Shown piece by piece: positions 25,950-39,839 of a stretch of 64,000 bases of DNA. Each line of letters begins with the position of its first letter. Positions within the stretch are counted from its first letter, which is position 1. The translations under genes and the position numbers were made by a program. Source of the DNA: Lama guanicoe (Eukaryota); NCBI GenBank assembly GCA_013239625.1, contig MU053493.1, forward strand, positions 1,869,793 to 1,933,792, written 5' to 3'. Under the pieces are notes generated by a model. That model saw only the letters and a list, made by a program, of their open reading frames with translations, did not search any database and was not told where the DNA came from.

Positions 25950-26655
25950 TTGTTGGTGGGATGTAAATTGGTGCAGCCACTATGGAAAGCACTGTGGAAG
26001 TTCCTCAAAAAACTAAAAGTAGAACTACCATATGACCCAGCAGTTCCACTCCTGGGTAATATATGTGAAAAAACCCCGAATACTACTTTGAAAAGATACA
26101 TTTATCCCCCAGTGTTCGCAGCAGCATTATTTACAATTGCCAAGGTATGGAAGCAACCATATCATACTGAAGTTCCATCAACAGATGAATGGATAAAGAT
26201 GTGGTGCATATATACAATGGAATATTACTCAGCCATAAAAGAGAATGAAATTTTGTCATTTGCAACAATATGGATGGACTTGGAGAGTATTATGCTAAGT
26301 GAAATAAGTCAGACAAAGAAAGAGATATGTAATATCACTTATATGTGAAATTTAGAAATAAAACAAACTAGTGAATAGAAAGGCAACAGACTCACAGATA
26401 CAGAGAACAAAGTAGTGTTTACCAGTGGGAAGAGGTAAGGGAGGAGGGGCAAGAGAGGGGTAGGGGGTTAAAAGGTACAAACTACTCTGTGTAAAATAAA
26501 TAAGCTACAAGGATGTATTGTGCAGCACAGGGAAATATAGCCATTTTTGGTAGTAACTTTAAATGAAGTATAATCTATAAAAATATTGAATCACTATGTT
26601 GTACACCTGAAATTTATATAATTTTGTGCAACTATACTTAAATACAAAAAAATTT
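25950..26655 (+). mobile_element. L1 ORF2 C-terminus and 3'UTR
   Basis: ORF 25911..26348 (LVQPLWKALWKFLKKLKVELPYDPAVPLLG...) followed by 3'UTR and A-tail. Confidence 0.9.
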
Positions 26656-27950
26656 TTAAAATAAACTTTGAATTTTAGGACGATTTTAGATTTATGGAAA
26701 AGTTGCACAGATGGCACCGTGTGCCCCTCACCTAGCACCCCTCTTGTTAACATCTTGCGTCAACGTGGTGCATTTGGCTCAAGAATGGTACAATACTAGT
26801 TACTCCACGATTTGCTCTGATTTCCTTAGTTTTTACCTGATGTCCTCTTTCCGTCCCAGGACCCCACGCAGGATACTGCATTACGTTTCATCATCTTATC
26901 TCTGTCGCCTCCTCTGGGCTGTGACAGTTTTTGACTTTCCTTGTTTTTGATGACCTTGACAGTTTTGAGGTGTACTAGTCTGGCATTTTGTAGGATGTCC
27001 CTCAGTTTCAGTTCATCGGGTGTTTTTCTCCTGTCTAAACTGGGTAGTGGGTTTGGGGGAGAATGACCACAGAGGTGAAATGCCCTTCTTAACGGACAGC
27101 AGAGGCATAACTGTCAACATGATTAATCACTCTTTTTTAAAAAGAATTAAATTTATTTTTAATTTTTTCAGGGGATAGGTAATTAGGTTTACTTATTTAT
27201 TTATTTTAATGGAGGTACTGGGGATTGAACCCAACTACTACAACTGAGCTATACCCTTCCCTCCATGACTGACCGCTCCTGACCTTGATCACTGGTGACG
27301 CAGTCTTTGTCAGGTTTCTCTGCTTTAAAGTTACTGCTCAGCCCCTGCCCATACTCCTCTCTGGCTGGAAGTCCCTGTGCCTAGTCCACACATCAGGAGC
27401 AGGGAGTTATGTTCTACCTCCTCTATAGGAGAGTATCTGCATTAATTATTCAGAATTTTCCAGTATTGGAGACTTGTCTGTTCTCCCCAACTTATTTATT
27501 CAAACTTTTATTTATATCAGCAGGGACCCTTAGAGATTTATTTTATACTTTGATTCATAATCCAGTCCTACATTATTTATTTTGTTGCTCAAATTGTTTG
27601 AACTTTGACCATGAGAGGCTCTTTCATGTTGGTTCTTGTGTCTCTTAGACATGCCCCTATCCTTTTGTGTTGTTTTTGTTTTTTTGCTTTTTTGGTTTTT
27701 TGAGCATTTCATTACTTGCTGCCACAACAAGATACTCCAGGTTCAACTTGCATTTTCCCTGCCCAGCCCTGGAATCTGCAATTCCTCCAGGAATCCCTGA
27801 TTCCTTTCATTAGAGAATGGTGTTTAGAAGCCAAGGTCTGTGTGTTGAGGGTGCTTATGGCCATCAACGTGCTGCTTCTTCTGGACCCTCTCAGGACACA
27901 GAGCTAGGAAACAGAGTGTGTACTAACCTGTGTGCACCTACATATCTTCC
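26655..27950 (-). mobile_element. Old L1MC/MD 3' region with a nested, internally deleted SINE (~27135-27263)
   Basis: ttttagatttatggaaaagttgca...ccttgtttttgatgaccttgacagttttgagg; SINE ggaggtactggggattgaaccc. Confidence 0.75.
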
Positions 27951-28231
27951 CGTGCTTTTTGAATGCACTGCCCCATCTGATAGCCAAGCCCTGGATCACT
28001 CATGGGAGGCAGGCCTACATGTCTTGGAGTAGAAAGGAAACATGGGATGGCTGAGTATGTAGAGCAGGAATAAACAAAAGGCTTAGAGGACTGAAACAAT
28101 GTTTTCAAGGGACACAAAAAATATATAGCATAATAAGAGGAAAATCTGGGTAATGACCACTCAGTTTAAGAAATAGGATGTACTAATACAATTCAAGCTG
28201 TCGCGAATGTGCTTCCTAAACATGCTGGTGG

Positions 28232-28390
28232 CCAGGGAGGGCATGGTATATCTCAGTGGTAGAGTGCATGCCTGTAGCATGCATGAGATCCTGGGTTCAA
28301 TCCCCAGAACCTCCATTAAAAATAAATCGATAAGTAAGCTTAATTACTCTCCCCACCAAGAAAAGAAAAGAAAAGAAAACAAAACCAATC
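28232..28390 (+). mobile_element. tRNA-derived SINE (Vic-1-like)
   Basis: tctcagtggtagagtgcatgc...gagatcctgggttcaatccccag plus taattactctcccc and A-rich tail. Confidence 0.85.
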
Positions 28391-29249
28391 ACATTGGTGA
28401 AACCTGTCAAAGTGAAGTTACTGTTTATTATTTTGGGGCTTTGGGGTTTTTATACTTTTACTCTGTTTTGTATTAACTCTAGAAAAATTATATTTTACTG
28501 TGTTCCAGCAACTTGACTTTTTTTTACCTAGAGCCTCTACGTGTATTTATCTTCTCAGCAATCCTGGGAAAAGCAGGAGGAATTCTTGGCATTGTTCAGA
28601 TAGAGAAACTGAGAACTTGCAGCAATGATAAGATTTTTTTTTTTGGCCTATTGTAAGAGCCCAAATTTATGGTCTTCTTTTGGACAGAGGTGTTGAGATT
28701 TCATCCCAGAAGGGGAAACAAAATGTGTCTCCTTGGTCACTTTATGACCCTGTCTCTTCCTTTGGCTTGAACGACCTGCCCGTCTCCCTCAGCCTGGGAT
28801 CCCAGCCTCCATTCAGATTTTGCAGGCTCCAGAATTTCTGATGAAATGAGGACTCATATGGTTGGTTCAGAGCCCCACCCCCTCATCACATCACTCCCTG
28901 CCAGCATCCGTGCCCGCATCCTCTGCACTCCTCCTGAGACTGGAAATAACGTATCCAGCTCCAAGCCACCCCCTCCTTCTTTTAGCACCAGATGCTACCC
29001 TGGGACCTCCCCCTGCCCCCCAACCAGCACCGTTTCCTGCTCTCTATTGGTGACTTTTCTGCACATTCACACACACTGCTTTTATCTTCCATCTGGGTAA
29101 AGAGAAAAAACCTCTTGCTCCCACTTCCTCTTCCTGCTTCTGTCCTATTTTTCTGCTGTTTTGCTGTAGAACTTCGGGGAGAAGCTGTCTCTGTGCTATT
29201 CCCAGTTCCTGTTCCTCCCCTCCCGTCCTCTCTGAAACCCCTGCAATCC

Positions 29250-30060
29250 AACGAGCCCCCCTTTACTGATACTTCTGTCAACTCTGCTGAACCTGTCAAG
29301 GTCGCTAAGCCCCTACAAGTCCTTGGATCTGGGGCCGCTTCCCAGCCCTCCTGTCACTTGTCTTGTCACACACGTGTCCTCTCCCTCCCCAAGGAAATGC
29401 ACCTTCCCTTGGCTTCCAGGGCGCCATATGCCTGGGATTCTCTTCCCACTTGGCTCAGTTCCCTTACTGACCTGTGAGTGTGGAAGAGTCCCCGGGATCA
29501 GTCTGTGGACGTCTTCTCTGCTCGATCCACACTCATACCCTGTTGACCTCACCCAGTCTCGTTGCACTAAACCCATCATATGCTGAAAAACCCCCAGCTT
29601 TTATCTTGGCTCTGACTTCTCTCCTGAATGCTGAACTTGTATATCCAACTGCTCACAGAACATCTCCCCACGGAGGTCTGGTGGATCCCGACACAACAGT
29701 GTCCCCCACCATCCCCCAACCCTCCATCTCTCATCTCAGTAAATGGCAGCTCCATCCTTCCAGGTGCCTGGACCATGGACTTGGAGTCCACCTTGTCTCC
29801 CATCTTCCTCTCAAATCCTCCATCTACTCTGTTCCAGAATCCCATATCTGGTCACCATCTGCACTGCTCCCAGCATCTCCCCACTGAATGGTTGCGCTGG
29901 CCTCAGGCTTCCTGTTTCTACCCTGACCCACACCTTTCCATCCAGGTCTCTCTCCATGTGGGAGCTGGGTTATTGCTTTACAGCTTAGATCATATCACTC
30001 TTTATTCCAGAAACTTCTGGAACCCCTGTCTCACCGACTAAAAGCCAGAGCCCCCCCGTT
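29250..30060 (+). mobile_element. L2 LINE fragment
   Basis: ctctcctgaatgctgaacttgtatatccaactgc...catctcagtaaatggcagctccatcc is typical of the L2 3' region. Confidence 0.75.
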
Positions 30061-30102
30061 AAACTGTTTCTTCCCTGACTTTACTTCCTAAGACTCTTTT
30101 CT

Positions 30103-30252
30103 TTTTTAAAAAGATTTTCCTTTTTGGGGGCTTGGGAGGTAATTAGGTTTATTTATTTAATTTATGTATTTCTTAGTGGAGCTACTGGGGATTGAAACCA
30201 GGACCTTGTGCAGGCTAAGCATGCACTCTGCCACTGAGCTACACCCTCCCCG
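30103..30252 (-). mobile_element. tRNA-derived SINE (Vic-1-like) with perfect 20-bp TSD
   Basis: TSD ACTTCCTAAGACTCTTTTCT at 30083-30102 and 30253-30272. Confidence 0.95.
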
Positions 30253-30919
30253 ACTTCCTAAGACTCTTTTCTGCAGAAACCCACCTGTCTAGTGTCATCA
30301 CCCTCCTCAGATGTTGGTGCACACTTGTCCCTCTCCACAGGGCCTCTGCACATGGTGCGCTTAGTCCTAGTCACCCCTTGGCCACACTCGGGCTCCTTCC
30401 CCCTTAACTCTGGACTTCCTTACCTATGACTGCCTGCACCCCCTCCATTGAGGAAGAGCCTGGAAGCTGTAGGGGAGGAGGTGCTCCCTGATGGGCTGTG
30501 CAGTGACAACAGTCTACACTTGCAATCGAGAGAGGCTTCCTTCAGTTTTGCACTCCGGGCATCCATGTCTCACCTTTGTCCTGGCCACACAGGAGCAAAG
30601 CCAGGCAACTTCTTGCTGCAGCCCCGCCCCGCCGTCCTGCCGCCCCGCCGCCCTGCGGCAGCTGTCCCCATGTCCTCAGAACCCCAGGACCTTTCTAAGA
30701 CCAGGTTGCTGGGCCTCTGTGGGTTTGTACCCTGAAAGGGTCCCGCACTCTGGCCATCAGGGTGGTATGCACGTGGACACTGACTGGTATGTTGATTTTC
30801 TCCTGCCAACCCCTGTCGCCCACGGTTGGCACAGGCCCTGGTCCTTCCCCACCCTGCGCTTATCTGTGGGTGTTTGTTGCATTGATCAGAACGCAGAAAG
30901 TAGGTCTTTTTCCAACATT

Positions 30920-31217
30920 TTAATTTAATTTAATTTAATTTCATTTCATTTCATTTCATTTCATTGAAGTGTGGTTGGTTTACAATGTTGTGTTAATTTC
31001 TGGTGTACGGCATAGTGATTCAGTTATACACGTATATATATTATTCCTTTTCATTATAGGTTATTATAAAGTATTGACCATAGTCCCCTGTGTTATACAG
31101 TAGTCCTTGTTGTTTATCTATTTTATATATAGTAGTATGTATCTGCAAGTCCCAAACTCTCAATTTATCCTTCTACCCACCCGTCTTCCCCTCTGGTAAC
31201 CACAAGTTTGTTTTCTA
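30920..31217 (-). mobile_element. 5'-truncated L1 3' end with (TTTAA)n/(TTTCA)n tail
   Basis: TSD CCAACATT at 30912-30919 and 31218-31225; L1 3'UTR sequence. Confidence 0.85.
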
Positions 31218-31404
31218 CCAACATTCTGATTTTCAACCACAGTAAAAAATACATTTTACATCACCACCTAGGATCTATATACATAATTGATCTCAAACAG
31301 AAGTTTCAGGAAGTAGTTTTTATGCTCATGTGAGATGATGCATTCTAGGGTTTACAATGTTACAAAGTTACAGTATTCTACCTTTTTTAAAAATAACTTT
31401 TTAT

Positions 31405-31540
31405 AGGTTCTTTTCTTTTTTTGGTGGGGGGTGGTAATTCGGTTTATTCATTCATTTTTGTTTAATGGAGGTACTGGGGATTGAACCCAGGACATCGTGC
31501 ATACTAAGCATGTGCTCTACCACTGAGCTATGCCCTCCGG
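31405..31540 (-). mobile_element. tRNA-derived SINE (Vic-1-like)
   Basis: ggaggtactggggattgaacccaggacatcgtgcatactaagcatgtgctctaccactgagcta. Confidence 0.9.
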
Positions 31541-31779
31541 GCCTCGACTTTGTTTTTAAAATTCTGATTGCTGCCCAGTGAATGGAGCTGCTGATCTGCC
31601 TGTGGCTCCCGGCGTTGGTTAAGCCATCACTCTCTCTTAAACATGCTCATCCTCTTACAGGTGAGAATCCCGAGCTGTAGGGAGTTACAGGTCCACACAA
31701 GGTCACATCAGGTAATTCACCAAAGAGCAGAGACTAGAACCCTGTCCTCTGATTCCCATCCTGCGGCTTTTTTAGGCTC

Positions 31780-32050
31780 TCGTAATTAATTTTAATGACT
31801 GTACCATTGTGGCTTATTTAAATTACCCCAGGGAGGAACATCAGCTCGATTAAAGACATTTTATTGTATCTGCCCACCTGCTCTATTCAGGGAAATACAT
31901 CCTTTGTGGGATTTCTTCTAGGTAATTAAGAGGGTCTACGAAGCCCGTTTATTATAGTCATCAATTTAACTGTAGATATAACGACGGAGTTAAATTTTAA
32001 AAAGCTGGTTCCATCCGCAGGAGCCTAGGAGTGATTTGAATTAGAGAAAG
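31780..32050. promoter_or_regulatory. Candidate enhancer rich in homeodomain motifs
   Basis: Non-repetitive AT-rich patch in GC-rich context: TAATTAAT 31783, TAATTAA 31923, TTTATTA ~31948, TTTAATGA. Confidence 0.4.
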
Positions 32051-32851
32051 TGTTCACCAGAGCGCTACCTGGGTGCCTGGGGAGCCTGCTGGCCCCTGTG
32101 GGACTCTGGGCCGGTCCCACGTGGCACCCCGAGGGCAGAGCTGGGATGGCGGGTGGGGGTCACAGCCCCATCCCACTAGGCACGCTTGGAGCAGAACCTT
32201 GTGGGTGCTGGTCGTGTCTGTTGGCTGCTTGCTGCTCTGAACCCGGAGTTGTGAGAAGTGCGGAGTGTGAGGCCCCAGCTCTGCCTTGTGGACCCAGAGC
32301 CCGTGTGTTGACAAGACCCAGGCTTTCTGTGCCCATCAGGATTGGAGCAGCTCTGATCTGAGGAGGATGGGCTTTTGGTTTCTAGTTTATACCCTTAAGT
32401 TGGTCATCCTTGGCCACCACGGGTCAGTTGGGTTTGGTGACCCGTTTAGGGCACCGTGCCGTGTGCTGGGATAATGGAGTCCTGGGAGACCTCCGGGGAG
32501 CTGCTGTCTAGTGGGAAGGAGGGGTGATGTGCACAGTGTTCACCATGGTTTTAGGAAGTGGGAGTGCTGTGGGTGCCAGAGGTAGGCAGGGTTTAGATGC
32601 TCGGAGGGGAACAGGTCCAGAGGACATCGGCAGCAGGAGGAGCTGCACGAAGGCCCAAAGGTGCGCAGGCCGGATGACACTGGGTGCAGCTGGGGACGTC
32701 TTGTGTCCAAATGGAGGCAGGAGGTGGCCAGATTTTGGAAGGCTTTAAATCACATGGTTAGCTCTTTGGACTTTATCCAGTGGGTCACGGGAACCATTAA
32801 AAACTTTAATTTTTTTTTTTACAAATTTTCAAATGTTTATAAATCATGGCA

Positions 32852-33173
32852 TGTCTTAATCCCTTTGGGCTGCTATAAAAAATTGCCATAGACCAGGTAC
32901 CTGTAGACGACAGATATTTCTTTCCCACACTCCTGGAGGCTGGGAAGTCCAGGACCGTGGCACCGGCAGATCTGGGGTGTTTGGTGAGGTTCTTCCTGGC
33001 ATCCTCACAAGGTGGAAGGGGCGAACTAGCCCTCTGGGATCTCTTATAAGGACACAAATGCAGAGCCCTCATGACCTAATCGCTTCCCAAGGGTCCCACC
33101 TCCTAATACCATCACGGTGAGGATTAGATTTTCAACATATGAATTTTGGGGGGGACACATTCAGACCATAACA
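32852..33173 (-). mobile_element. MaLR solo LTR (MLT1A-like)
   Basis: tgtcttaatcc...gggacacattcagaccataaca; 5-bp TSD TGGCA/TGGTG, consistent with CpG decay of TGGCG. Confidence 0.9.
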
Positions 33174-33174
33174 T

Positions 33175-33930
33175 GGTGAAATGCACAGGACATAAAGTGG
33201 ATCATTTTAACTGTTTTCAAGTGTACCATTCAGCAGCATTAAGTACATTCACATTGTTCTGCTGTCTTCACCACCATCCATCTGCAGAATTGTCTTCCTC
33301 TTGCAAAACTGAAACTCTGCTCCCAATAAACGCTGACTCCCCATCCCCTCCTCCCTCAGTCTCTGGCACCCACGATTCCACTTTCTCTGATTTTAACTTT
33401 TTTAGGGACCTCATATAAATGGAATTACACAGTTGTCTTTCTGTGACTGGCTTATTTCACTTGGCATAATGTCCTCAAGGTTCCTCTGTGTTGTCACCTG
33501 TGCCAGAATGTCCTTTGTTTTTGAGGCTGAATAACAGTCCGTTGTATGCATCGACCACATTTTGTTCATCTATTCACCTGTCAGTGGACACTGGGGATGC
33601 TTTCACCTTGTGGCTGTTGTGAATAAAGCTGCTAAAAATATGAGTGTACACATCTCTCTTCCAGTTCCTGCTATCATTTCTTTTGGGGATGTATGCAGAC
33701 GTGGGACGGCTGGATCATACAGTAGTTCTACTTTTAATGTTTTGAGGAACCTCCCTACCATTTTCCACTGATGGCATTATTTTACGTTCCCATCAGCAGT
33801 GCACAAGAGTTCCAGTTTCTCCGCATCCTTGCCAACATTTGTTGTTGTCTGTTTTTTGGATGGAGGTGATATCTCAGTGTGGCTTTGATTTGCATTTCCC
33901 TGATGGTCAGCGATGTGGTGCATCTTCCCA
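33175..33930 (-). mobile_element. L1MB-like 3' fragment
   Basis: cattaagtacattcacattg...ttgatttgcatttccctgatg. Confidence 0.85.
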
Positions 33931-34199
33931 TGTGGGGGCTGTCTGTCCTCTGAGCAGGATTCCTGTGGTGGGGAGGTCTAGGGTGGTGGTGACATTGCCC
34001 TTGTACCTGTAGATCAGGCCTCCTACATGCTGCTTTGGTGGCTCCTGTGGGGACAGGTGTGTCCCCAAGCCTCAGAGGGAGCATGGTTTGGTTTTACATG
34101 TGCCCTATCTGTCCCAAATCTACTTCCTTTGCCCCAGGTCTGTGTTCCCACTACTTAAGGGTTGAAGCTGGAGGAGCCGGGACAGCTCGGGGAGTATTG

Positions 34200-34576
34200 A
34201 AGGCCATGCCCGTTGCCGTGGGTGCAGGCAGAAGTATCAGTCATTACTGCTTCTCCTCCTCCAGGACTGCACTTCTCCACACCCTCAAAGTGTGTGATGA
34301 TCATGTGACTTGCTTTGGCCAATGAGATGCAAGCAGAAATAACAGCAGCTTTTGAGAGATGGTCCATGCCCTCTTTTCCCCAGTCACATCTATCCTGAGC
34401 ACATGTGGAGAAGGTGGTGCCCTATGATCAAACTGGCTGAGCTTTGCCTTTGAGAGTAGACCAGAGCCACAGAAGACTTTTTGAGTGAGCAAGACAGAAA
34501 CAATTATTAGACGAGGGCACTGTGATTTAGGAGTTATTGTTACTGCAGCACAACCTGATCTGTCCTGACTGATGTA
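34200..34576 (+). mobile_element. Old MaLR LTR (MLT1H/J-like)
   Basis: catgtgacttgctttggccaatgagatgcaagcagaa...gttactgcagcacaacct...cctgactgat. Confidence 0.7.
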
Positions 34577-35159
34577 GAAGGAAAACCTGAAAAATTATGT
34601 TAGGAACCTACAAAGATAGGTTGAAATGAAAAGGTAGCCTTTGGATGTAATTCCATATGCTTCTTAATAAGTCAAAGTATTGAACCCCACAGATAAAAAG
34701 AACAGTTTTGAGACAGCTTCTGGACTGCATTTTCCTGTAGGTAAATCACGGACATTAATTATCAGATGTTACTGGTTTCATCTTGCCGGCAGCACAGGGC
34801 TCTGGGCTGTGGTTGCCCACTGCCCGTCCCAGGTGGGGCTGGTAGCTGGTGAGAACTCACAGACACTGTCACTCTGCCTGTACTTAATGACCTCTGTGTT
34901 TTCCAGTGCTTAGCAAATCCAGATTTAGCCAATTTAGATTTTAGGAGGTAATCCCAAGCTCTGCGGACCTCACTACACTTCCAGAGCAGGTGGGTCATTC
35001 TTTTCAGGATTTACTCGCCACTATTTTCGAAAGCAGAAGTGCCTTTTGAGTATCAGAACATTTTCAAGACCTTCCCTACTTGGCTGTAGTCAATTTTTTT
35101 GTACTATTTTGATCATTCAGTAACTATTCCTCAAACAAATACTTTTGTTTTAACTTTCT

Positions 35160-35256
35160 TCGAAAAAAAAATTTTTTTTAAAAAGGAGGTACTGGGAATT
35201 GAACCCAAGACCTTGTGCATGCTAAGCACGTGCTGTACCACTGAGCTACACCCTCC
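35160..35256 (-). mobile_element. Short tRNA-derived SINE (Vic-1-like)
   Basis: ggaggtactgggaattgaacccaagaccttgtgcatgctaagcacg...ccactgagctacaccctcc. Confidence 0.85.
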
Positions 35257-35329
35257 TCACAAGTTTAACTTTCTATTATAGAACTTTGCAGATATTTACA
35301 AAAGCAGAGAGGACTGTACCATCAGTTTC

Positions 35330-35695
35330 TGTTGTGGGGTTCATTACACCCCCTAAATTCATGGGTTGAATTCCTAACCCCCAGGACCTCAGGATGTGAC
35401 TGTATTTGGAGATGGGGCCTTTACATAGTCAGTTAAGTTAGTATGAGATCAGAGAATCCAATCCACTATGATTGGTGTCCTTCCAAGAAGAGGAGTTAGA
35501 ACACAGACACGCATAGATGGAAGATGATATGAAGACACAAGGAGAAGTTAGCCACCTGCAAGCCAAGCAGAGAAGGCTTAGGAGGGAGCCACCTTGCCAA
35601 CACCTTGATCTTGGACTTCCAGCCTCCACAATTAGGAGGAAATAAAATTTCCAGGCTCTGGTCCTTTGGGATGGCAGCCCAAGCCAACTGATACA
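35330..35695 (+). mobile_element. MaLR solo LTR (MLT1B-like)
   Basis: cctaacccccaggacctcaggatgtgactgtatttggagat...gcagcccaagccaactgataca. Confidence 0.85.
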
Positions 35696-37169
35696 GTCCC
35701 ATGAACTCCTCTCCACCTTCACTATTTAAGCAACCTTCTTGACTGCTTCTGAGGTCCCAGGAGCACGGGACAGACCACCGAGAATGAGAGATGGCTCACT
35801 GTCTGTGGAACTGGAAACTGGAAACTGGAAACATTCGCAAGGAGAAGCTGTAATTGACTGTAATTACACGACATCTGTATACCTTAGAAATCATTGCTAG
35901 AACCAGTGGGTCTTCCAACGCTGCTGGGTAGGCAGTTAAATTCTCTAAGCCCTCAGATCATTGCCTGCTCCTGGGCTCACCATTTCAAAACCAAGGCTCC
36001 AGGCACGTGATGGGCTTGTGGTGTAAGCAAATGAACGTGGAATGAGCCGTGTGGCCCAGGCAGCTTTGCCCCAGTCTGCCCAAACCTGTCACATGGACTG
36101 GGACTCAGGCCACCTCCAGAGTGAGCCTGACCCAGGAGGAGCCAAGATGCAAACCCCATTTTTCACCCAGTAAAGAAGTGAGGGCGTCACCCTGAGAAGG
36201 GCTTCATTTGCTCATGGCTAGGTTCATAAGCATCCCTTTAAATACCAAATCCCTGTGTGCATTTAAAAATACCCAGTTCGCTCAGAAACAGAATGCAGAG
36301 TGAAAGATGCCAGATGCAAGAAATACATAGATAGTGTGCAGTTCCGTTTATACGGTGCTTCCAGAAAGGCCTAACTATAGGGAAAGAAAGCAGATTCTTG
36401 GTTGCCTAGGTTTGAGGATGTAAGCGGGGATCGGCTGTGAGGGACATGTGGGAGTTTTGGTTGGCATATCAGGAATGTTCTAAAACTGCATTGTGGACGT
36501 GGTTGAGCATCTGAATACATTCACTAAAAATCGTCACCACTTATAATGGGCGAATATATAAAATTATACCTTGATGAAAGAAACAAACAAACAAAATCAC
36601 TGCTTTCATCTCTGGAAAATCAGGGTGGGGGGCTCTTCTCAGAGGAAGTAGGCTCCGAGCTGGTTGTGGAAGATGGAGTGCCTTTGGGTAAGGAGAAAGC
36701 ACTGGTGGGGATTCCAGATGGAGGAACCCCATCCTGGGGAGAGGGCGGGCAGGAGGCGGGCAGGGAGGGAAGGAGCAGGTGGTCCGGGTGAGAACATTGG
36801 GACATGGAATGGATGCTCAGTAATTCTCAACCCTGGTTGCACATTCCAGCCTCCTGGAGAGCGTGTCTAAAGCACAGGTGCCTGGGACCTGTGGATTTGG
36901 ATTTAACTGGTCTTGGACAGATTCCAGACGTAAATTAAAAAAAAATTTTTTAAAGAAACAATATTTGAATTCTGTCATTTCTTTTTTTACTTATCTACTG
37001 GAATGCTTCTATAGACACCCCCTCATCTATTATACAGCTAACTGGGGGAACATTTCATAGAGAAAAGGCAGGGCAAACACATCATTCTTTCACTTCATTT
37101 CCTGGTTTCGATGATGATAAACATGTTTCCCATGACCCTCCAAAGATGACCAATACGTTTGGTAAAATT

Positions 37170-38725
37170 TGTCTTTTTTTAATTGAAGTAGAGTTGACTT
37201 ACATTAACTTAACATTACACTACATTGACCTACATTATTTATATTCATGTCAGGTGCAGAACATAGTAATTCTATATTTTTATAGATTATACCCCATACA
37301 AAGTTATTATAAAATATTGACTATATTCCCTATGTGGTACATTACATCCTTGTAACTTATTTATTTTATACCTAGTAGTTTGTACCTCTTAAACCCCTTC
37401 ACCTATTTTGCCTCGCTCCTCAACCCAACCCACTGCCCTCTTTTAACTACTGGTTTGTTCTGTCTCTGTGTGTCTATTTCTTCATTATATTTGTTCATCT
37501 GTTTTATTTTTTATATTCCACATATAAATGAAAACATACAGTATTTGTCTTTCTCTGTTTGACTTATTTCACTAAGTATATACCCTCCTGGTCTCTCTAT
37601 GTTACTACAAATGGCATTGCTTCATTATTTTTTATGGCTGAGTAGTATTCCACCATGTATATACACGATAATCTTCTTTATCCATTCGTCTGTTGACAGG
37701 CACTTAGGTTATGTCCATCTTGGCTATTATAAGTAATATTTCTGTGAACACTGGGGTGCATATGTTTTTATGAATTAGTGTTTTCATTTTCTTTGGATAA
37801 ATACCCAGGAGTGGAACTGCTGGATGATATGCTAGTTCTGTTTTTAAATTCTGAGGAATCTTGATAATGTTTTCCAAGGTGACTGCACCAATTTACATTC
37901 CCACCAACAGTATACAAGGGTTTTCCTTTTCTCGACAGCCTCTCCAACATTTGCAGCTATTTTTTCCCACTCGGTTGTCTTTTTGTTTTGTCAATGGTTT
38001 TCTTTTCTGTGCAAAAAAGCTTTTAAGTTTAAGTAGGTCCCATTTGTTTATTTTTGCTTTTGTTTCCTTTGCCTTAGGAGACAGATTCAAAAAAATATTG
38101 CTACAATTTATGTCAAAGAGTATTCTGCCTATGTTTTTTTCTAGGGCTTTTATGGCTACCATTCTACTCTTTCATTTCCAGTTTTGTTTATTTGGGCCCT
38201 CTCCCTTTTTCTCTTGATGATCTGGCTAAATGTTTATCAGTTTTGTTTATCTTTTCCAAAAATCCCAGCTCTTAACTTCTTTGTCTTTTCTGTTTTTTCT
38301 CTTTATTTTATTTCTGCTCTTTGATCTTTAGTATTTCTTTCCTTCTGCTGACTATGGGCTTTGTCTTCCTTTTTCTAACACTGTTAGGTGGAAAGTTAGG
38401 TTGTTTATTTGAGATTTTTCCTGTTTCCTGAGGAAGGCATGTTTTGATATAAATGTCCTTCTTAGAACTGCTTTTGCTGTGTTCCAGAGGTTCGGAAAGT
38501 TGTGTTTCTATTTTCATTTGTATTTTTTGATTTCCTCTTTGGTTTCTTTGTTGACTCATTAGTTTCTTATTAGGATGTTGTTTAGTCTCCATGTGTTGGT
38601 TTTTCTAGTATTCTTTCTATAATTGATTTCTAGTTTCATACTGTTGTGGTTGGAAAAGATGCCTGATATAATTTAAATCTTCTTATATTTATTGAGAGTC
38701 ATTTTGTGACCTAGCATGTGATCTT
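37170..38725 (-). mobile_element. L1 3'UTR/ORF2 with internal deletions
   Basis: Minus ORFs 37768..37950, 37893..38162 (KAKINKWDLLKLKSF) and 38308..38592 correspond to non-adjacent parts of ORF2. Confidence 0.85.
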
Positions 38726-38971
38726 TCTTTTTTTCATTTTCATACTCATTTTCATCATTTATTCATCTGCAAATGTACAACACATAATTATAACCAACAA
38801 ATGCATATTTCCTTAGTCTATAGAGTTTATAATCATTTTTTCATTCTGTGTAATATCTTACTTAATTGATGAATCATAATTTATTTGAATACTTCCATGG
38901 GGTCATATTTACAAGTTTTTTTCTATTTTTCTCTCTTTAACTTTTACCATTTTAATTATGATATGTCTTGG

Positions 38972-39805
38972 TGTGAGATAATAGAAAATATATATTGGTC
39001 TCTGCCCCTGGTTCCTGACTGAGGGTTCCTGAAACCCATGGAATTCCCTGGGAGAGAGGAGTGTCTTCTGTTCTAATGAGGGGACTCTGGGTGGGCTCCT
39101 GGTTTTGAACTGATCATTGAAAAGATCAAGCCATTGTTAGAAGTTTGGAATTTTCAGGCCTAACCTCTATTCTCTTGAGAAGAGAATGGGGCTGGAAATG
39201 GAATTGATAATCACACCTACATGACAAAGTCTTTGTAAAAATCTCAAAGATATGGGGTTCGGAGAGCTTCCAGGTGGGTGAACACACCCATGTACTAGAA
39301 GGGTGATGCCCCCCAACTCCACAAGGATGGAAGTTCCTGACCTCGGGATCACCCCCCTCCCCAATCTCCAGGCCTCACTCGATGTGTCTCATCTGGCTAT
39401 TTATCTGTACTCTTTATCATGACCTTTGATACAATGGTGAATGTAATTAAGTGTTTCCATGAGTTCTGTGAGCCACTCAAGTAAATTAATTGAACTCAAG
39501 AAGGGGATCATGGGAACCTCAGATTAACAGCCAATCAGCCAGAAGCACAGATGACAACTTGGACTTGCGGTTGGTGTCTGAAGTGTGTGGGGACAGCCTT
39601 GTGGGACTGAGCTCTTAACCTGGGGAATCCAATGCCAGGAAGACACTATCATAATTGAACTAAATTATAGGACACCCAGCTGGTGTTGCACAGAATTGCT
39701 TGGTGTGGGAACACCCCCACACACTTGGTGTCAGACGTGTGATTGTGTCTGCAGTGTGAGAGTTAAGGAGAAACACAGGATGAAGGCTGGATTGTTCCCA
39801 TTTCA
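38972..39805 (+). mobile_element. ERV solo LTR (MER21-like)
   Basis: tgtgagataatagaaaatatatattggtctctgcccctggttcctga...ggggttcggagagcttccagg...cttgtgggactgagc. Confidence 0.8.
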
Positions 39806-39839
39806 GCCACCTGGTTCTCCCAAGACCATTTTTTAAAGG

